Below, one piece after another: positions 52,029 to 56,282 of a stretch of 56,282 bases of DNA; the first letter of the stretch is position 1, and each line of letters starts with the position of its first letter. The stretch is from the NCBI GenBank assembly GCA_035494535.1, contig DATJGZ010000082.1, positions 1-56,282 of the forward strand. Direction: 5' to 3'. The stretch is from Patescibacteria group bacterium (GTDB taxonomy: Bacteria; Pseudomonadota; Alphaproteobacteria; Micavibrionales; Micavibrionaceae). The notes under the pieces were generated by a model. That model worked only from the letters and a program-made list of their open reading frames with translations. It had not been told where the DNA came from and did no database searches. The position numbers and the translations under genes are program-made.

Positions 52029-52116
52029 TTTTTTCATAGCGGGGTCATTGTTATCGGCTAAATCCGCGGCTATTATCCGAGGGATAGAGGTTTTTGGTCA
52101 GAAAGGCTGGTTACCC

Positions 52117-52383
52117 ATGGCAGTAGAAGTTGCCCCGACTTACGACAAAATTGTGCAGCTCTGGTGGGCTTATTACTGGCGATTTTTCGGATTGGGATTC
52201 CTGATCGAACTCGTGCTTAGCGTTATATATTTGACGATGGATCAGGTTCTGGGGATCAAGACCCAGCATTATATGATCTCAATCGCCGTGATCATCATTG
52301 GCACCGTCGTTTCGCAATGGGTTTTTCACCGCCTGCTGACCAAGGGCTTCGGCCGTTACCGCCTCGTGCTGATTGAGAAATAG
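52117..52383 (+). CDS. Small membrane protein (88 aa)
   Basis: Chosen ATG at 52117. Two TM helices (FFGLGFLIELVLSVIYL, ISIAVIIIGTVVSQWVF). Confidence 0.55.
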   Translation: MAVEVAPTYDKIVQLWWAYYWRFFGLGFLIELVLSVIYLTMDQVLGIKTQHYMISIAVIIIGTVVSQWVFHRLLTKGFGRYRLVLIEK

Positions 52384-52392
52384 AGAGTACAA

Positions 52393-53679
52393 ATGCTCGA
52401 CGACAAGGACCGCATATTCACCAACATCTTCGGCTGGGAATCGTTTTCTCTCGATTCCGCGAAAAAGCGCGGCGATTGGGACAACACGGCCGAGCTCATA
52501 AAAAAGGGCAAAGACTGGGTTATCGCCGAGATGAAGGCGTCCGGCCTGCGCGGCCGCGGCGGCGCCGGTTTCCCGACCGGCATGAAGTGGTCGTTCATGC
52601 CCGACCCGGCCAAAAGCGGCAAGCCGCATTATCTTGTAATCAACGCCGACGAGTCCGAGCCGGGCACCTGCAAGGACCGCGACATTCTGCGGCACGAGCC
52701 GCATAAACTACTCGAGGGGGCGTTGATAGCCGGGTTCGCAATGGGCGCGCACCGCGCTTATATATATGTACGCGGCGAGTTCTATGACGAAGCTTCAAAT
52801 CTGAACAAAGCGATCAAGGAAGCCTATGCGGCCAAGCTGCTTGGCAAGAACGCTGCGGGATCGGGTTGGGATTTCGACATCATTCTGCATCGCGGCGCAG
52901 GTGCCTATATTTGCGGTGAGGAAACTGCAATGCTCAACTCGCTCGAAGGAAAGAAAGGCGAGCCGCGCAACAAGCCGCCATTCCCGGCGATGGCCGGGCT
53001 ATATTCCTGCCCGACGACAGTCAATAATGTCGAGACAATCGCGGTGGCACCGACGATTCTCCGCCGGGGCGGCAAATGGTTCGCCGGGATCGGGCGTGAC
53101 GAAAAAAACACGGGCACTAAGCTGTTCTGCATTTCCGGCCATGTGAATCAGCCCTGCAACGTCGAAGAAGCGATGGGCATTCCGCTGAAGGAGCTGATTG
53201 AAAAGCACGCCGGCGGGGTGCGCGGTGGCTGGGACAATCTGCTGGCCGTTATTCCGGGAGGATCCTCGACGCCTTTGCTTCCTAAATCGATCTGCGACAC
53301 CGTCCTCATGGATTTCGACGCACTGCGCGCAGTGCAGAGCGGCCTCGGCACAGCCGGTGTCATCGTCATGGATAAATCGACCGACATTGTCTATGCCATC
53401 GCGCGGCTCGCCTATTTCTACATGCACGAGTCCTGCGGCCAGTGTACGCCGTGCCGCGAGGGGACGGGCTGGATGTGGCGCGTCATGCAGCGCATGGTGA
53501 AGGGCAATGCCACGATTGAGGAGATCGACATGCTGATCGACGTCGGCAAGGAGATCGAGGGGCATACAATCTGCGCGCATGGCGATGCCAGCGCCTGGCC
53601 GATTCAGGGGCTCGTCCGTCACTTCCGTCCGGAGATGGAACGGCGAATCCTCGAATATCGCAAACAACTCGCGGCTTAA
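52393..53679 (+). CDS. nuoF: NADH-quinone oxidoreductase subunit F
   Basis: Contains [23 protein letters not shown] and [12 protein letters not shown]. Confidence 0.95.
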   Translation: MLDDKDRIFTNIFGWESFSLDSAKKRGDWDNTAELIKKGKDWVIAEMKASGLRGRGGAGFPTGMKWSFMPDPAKSGKPHYLVINADESEPGTCKDRDILRHEPHKLLEGALIAGFAMGAHRAYIYVRGEFYDEASNLNKAIKEAYAAKLLGKNAAGSGWDFDIILHRGAGAYICGEETAMLNSLEGKKGEPRNKPPFPAMAGLYSCPTTVNNVETIAVAPTILRRGGKWFAGIGRDEKNTGTKLFCISGHVNQPCNVEEAMGIPLKELIEKHAGGVRGGWDNLLAVIPGGSSTPLLPKSICDTVLMDFDALRAVQSGLGTAGVIVMDKSTDIVYAIARLAYFYMHESCGQCTPCREGTGWMWRVMQRMVKGNATIEEIDMLIDVGKEIEGHTICAHGDASAWPIQGLVRHFRPEMERRILEYRKQLAA

Positions 53680-53846
53680 GCGGCTTTGCCTGCAATTTTG
53701 CAATTAATATTGAAAATGCGCCTTGCATTAGATTTGTGTGGGGTAATAAAAGTACGACTGCTTTTGCCGGTTAAGTAGTTTTCTTTCCCGAAGACTCGAA
53801 TCCTCCGACATATCCTTTTAATTTGTGTTTCTTTTCTGTAGCGGCC

Positions 53847-53875
53847 TTGACCATGACCGGGTGCAGGCGTAGATA
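53847..53875 (+). promoter_or_regulatory. Sigma70-like promoter candidate for the 68-aa ORF
   Basis: TTGACC-N17-TAGATA, located 37 nt upstream of the ATG at 53913. Confidence 0.35.
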
Positions 53876-53912
53876 ACCGCCCGCAAACAGAATTCTTAAA
53901 GGAAGACGAATC

Positions 53913-54119
53913 ATGGCACTCGTAACCGCAGCAAACCCAGAAGACGACCGCAACAACCGGCTCGTTCAGATTTTCACTTTTGGCACGAGCCCTGATCAGC
54001 CGCCGCGGGAAGTTCCGACTGGTATGGTCTTCGCTGTTAAATGCATTGACCGGAACCGCCCGGTCGAAGCCCGCGGTCGCGATTGCTTCCGCGCCTCCAA
54101 GCCCTTCGACATCCGCTAG
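53913..54119 (+). CDS. Orphan 68-aa protein between nuoF and nuoG
   Basis: RBS GGAAGA is 6 nt upstream. A promoter-like element and its own terminator flank it. The overlapping minus-strand ORF looks like junk. Confidence 0.5.
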   Translation: MALVTAANPEDDRNNRLVQIFTFGTSPDQPPREVPTGMVFAVKCIDRNRPVEARGRDCFRASKPFDIR

Positions 54120-54146
54120 GGGCAAACAACAAGTTTCATTCCTGAT

Positions 54147-54173
54147 AGGCCTGTCCTCGGACAGGCCTTTTTT
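54147..54173 (+). terminator. Intrinsic terminator upstream of nuoG
   Basis: 9-bp stem AGGCCTGTC/GACAGGCCT with loop CTCG, then TTTTT. Confidence 0.7.
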
Positions 54174-54243
54174 CTTGGTGCCGGGTGGGTATTCTGTCTA
54201 TTCAAGGACGAAAAATAACCCGTGATGATAAAGTCATAACCGC

Positions 54244-54272
54244 TTGGAATATTTGTATTAGAAGACTATAAG
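54244..54272 (+). promoter_or_regulatory. Sigma70-like promoter candidate for nuoG
   Basis: TTGGAA-N17-TATAAG, located 40 nt before the ATG at 54313. Confidence 0.3.
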
Positions 54273-54312
54273 TACATATGCTTATGACATGCCCCGCCGG
54301 TGAGTAAGAGCG

Positions 54313-56282
54313 ATGCCCAAGCTGACGATCAATGGAATTGAAATCGAGGTCCCGCCGGGAACGTCCATCCTGCAGGCGGCCGAGCAGCTAGGCATCGAAA
54401 TTCCGCGTTTCTGCTATCACGACCGCCTGAGCGTCCCGGCGAACTGCCGCATGTGCCTGGTCGAGGTTGCGCCCGGCCCGCCGAAGCCGCAAGCCTCATG
54501 CGCGCTAGCCTGCGCCGACGGCATGACGGTGAAAACTGAATCCGACATGGCCAAAAAGGCGCGCAAGGGCGTGATGGAATTCCTGCTGATCAACCATCCG
54601 CTAGACTGCCCGATCTGTGACCAGGGCGGGGAGTGCGACCTGCAGGATCAGGCGATGGCCTATGGCTTTGACCGCTCCCGCTATGCCGAGAATAAGCGCG
54701 CCGTGCCGGACAAGAACTTCGGCCCGCTGATCAAGACGTCGATGAATCGCTGCATCCAGTGCACGCGCTGCGTGCGCTTCGGCGAGGAAATTGCGGGCGT
54801 GCCCGACCTCGGCCTGCTCAACCGCGGCGAGGATGTCGAAATTTCGACATTTATCGGCAAGGCTGTTGGTTCCGAACTTTCGGCCAATATGATCGACGTT
54901 TGCCCCGTCGGCGCATTGACCAGCAAGCCTTACGCCTTTATGGCGCGTCCATGGGAACTCACCAAAACCGAGAGCGTCGATGTCATGGACGCGGTCGGCA
55001 GCAACATCCGCGTCGACTCGCGCGGTGGCGAGGTTCTGCGAATTCTGCCGCGCCTGCACGAAGACATCAACGAGGAATGGATCTCCGACAAGACCCGCTA
55101 CGCCTGCGACGGCCTCAAGGTGCGCCGCCTCGACCGGCCGTGGCTGAAGATCGACGGCAAGCTGAAGGAAGTGTCATGGGATGAAGTCCTCGCGGCTGCG
55201 GCGTCAAAACTCAGGAACACGAAACCCGAGAAAATTATAGCTCTGACCGGAGCTATATGCGCATCCGAGGAATTGGTCGCGCTCAAGGATCTGATGGGTA
55301 CGCTCGGTGTCGAGAACGTCTCGGGCCTGATCAACGGCCTACGTATTAATACATCTTCGCGCGCGGCCTATATCGCCAACACCGGTATCGCCAACCTTGA
55401 GAAAGCGGACGCCGTTCTGCTGATCGGCACGAACCCGCGCTGGGAAGCGGCGATGATCAATGCCCGCATCCGCAAGGCGTGGCGCAACAACCGCGCCAAA
55501 ATCGCGCTGGTAGGCCCCGAATGTGATCTCAACTATCCCTATACGCATATCGGCGAGGGGCCGGCGGACCTCGAGGCGCTGGCTTCCGGCAAACATGCGT
55601 TTGCGGCAACACTGAAAAACGCGAAGAACCCGATAATCATTCTCGGTGCCGGCGCGCTTGAACGCGAGGACGGGGAAGCGGTGCACGCACTGGCGGCTTC
55701 GGTCGCCGAGGCGCTCGGCGTCATCCGTCCCGACTGGAACGGCTTCAATGTCCTGCATTACAACGCCGCGCAGGTGGCGGCGCTCGATCTCGGCCTCACG
55801 GCGGCGCTGAGCAACGACGATAAGCAGGGCGCGGAAGTCGTCTATCTGCTCAATGTCGACGGCCCGGTCGTGAACACGCTGCCGCGCAAGGCATTCGCGA
55901 TCTATCAGGGTCACCACGGCGATGCAGGTGCCCACCGCGCGGATCTGATCCTGCCGGGCGCGGCCTACACGGAAAAGAACGGTACCTATGTGAATACCGA
56001 AGGCCGCGTGCAGATCGGGCGCAAGGCCGCCGACGCGCCGGGGCAGGCGCGGGAAGACTGGAAGATTTTGCGCGCGTTGTCGGGCGTGCTGGGCAAGGCG
56101 TTGCCCTACGATGATCTGCCACAGTTACGTGCGCGCATCGTCAAAGAATGGCCGAGCTTCGGCGCCATCGACATGCAGCCCGCCGAACAATGGAAGAAGC
56201 TGCCCGCGCCGATCAAGGGCATGAAGGGCGACTTCAAGCCGGTGATCGAGAATTTCTATTTGACCAACAGCATCGCCCGCGC
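54313..56282 (+). CDS. nuoG: NADH-quinone oxidoreductase subunit G, 3' partial (runs off the window)
   Basis: Absent from the ORF track because it has no stop codon. Hand translation is open for 656 codons: MPKLTINGIEIEVPPGTSILQAAEQLGIEIPRFCYHDRLSVPANCRMCLVEV, HPLDCPICDQGGECDLQD, CIQCTRCVRF, CPVGAL. Confidence 0.9.
   Translation, partial: MPKLTINGIEIEVPPGTSILQAAEQLGIEIPRFCYHDRLSVPANCRMCLVEVAPGPPKPQASCALACADGMTVKTESDMAKKARKGVMEFLLINHPLDCPICDQGGECDLQDQAMAYGFDRSRYAENKRAVPDKNFGPLIKTSMNRCIQCTRCVRFGEEIAGVPDLGLLNRGEDVEISTFIGKAVGSELSANMIDVCPVGALTSKPYAFMARPWELTKTESVDVMDAVGSNIRVDSRGGEVLRILPRLHEDINEEWISDKTRYACDGLKVRRLDRPWLKIDGKLKEVSWDEVLAAAASKLRNTKPEKIIALTGAICASEELVALKDLMGTLGVENVSGLINGLRINTSSRAAYIANTGIANLEKADAVLLIGTNPRWEAAMINARIRKAWRNNRAKIALVGPECDLNYPYTHIGEGPADLEALASGKHAFAATLKNAKNPIIILGAGALEREDGEAVHALAASVAEALGVIRPDWNGFNVLHYNAAQVAALDLGLTAALSNDDKQGAEVVYLLNVDGPVVNTLPRKAFAIYQGHHGDAGAHRADLILPGAAYTEKNGTYVNTEGRVQIGRKAADAPGQAREDWKILRALSGVLGKALPYDDLPQLRARIVKEWPSFGAIDMQPAEQWKKLPAPIKGMKGDFKPVIENFYLTNSIAR

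Noticed and set aside
50416-55935. Minus-strand ORFs 50416-51159, 51234-52037, 52999-53703, 53676-54125 and 55339-55935
   Set aside because: They are antisense to nuoE, the metallophosphoesterase, nuoF, the 68-aa ORF and nuoG. The products are low in complexity.
1-56282. CRISPR arrays, rRNA, IS elements or transposases, prophage genes
   Set aside because: I found no regularly spaced short direct repeats, no rRNA-like segments, and no ORF with transposase, integrase or recombinase motifs (DDE, or the tyrosine-recombinase R..H..R..Y pattern) on reading all ORF translations.

Overview
A 56.3-kb window of GC-rich (about 60%) chromosome, probably alphaproteobacterial. That guess rests on a 14-subunit-type nuo locus with separate nuoC and nuoD and interspersed non-nuo ORFs, as in Paracoccus and Rhodobacter. 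Layout: (1) A TPR protein and a VOC-fold protein (2-1028). (2) A low-GC island of about 19 kb (1029 to about 19990) starts at the first base after the VOC stop codon. It holds 17 ORFs, mostly envelope-targeted: six Sel1-repeat proteins (one also carries ankyrin repeats, one carries PPC domains), a DUF1266-like protein, a YcxB-like protein, an HExxH protein and a double zinc-ribbon protein. I saw no integrase, transposase or flanking tRNA. Nearly every transcription unit in the island is preceded by one motif, TGTGATAAT-N5-TTAYG, which reads as an extended -10 promoter. (3) A class-3-lipase-like gene sits divergent from a DCC-thioredoxin/lipase-maturation-factor fusion gene. (4) tRNA-Val(CAC) has its last 19 nt repeated 85 nt downstream. 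(5) A gtr/rml-like glycan-modification locus appears to be split by a second accessory cluster (27994-33846) of orphan, secreted-looking proteins. These include two with an HExxHAxQ motif, one Cys/His transglutaminase-like protein and one acidic protein with PW repeats. (6) Then come an entericidin-like lipoprotein, a GH13 enzyme, ald, tRNA-Asp(GTC), an arylsulfotransferase-like protein and an ABC exporter pair. (7) nuoA-nuoG (nuoG runs off the window end) is interrupted by six non-nuo ORFs and two intrinsic terminators. All domain calls come from remembered family signatures; no database search was possible.
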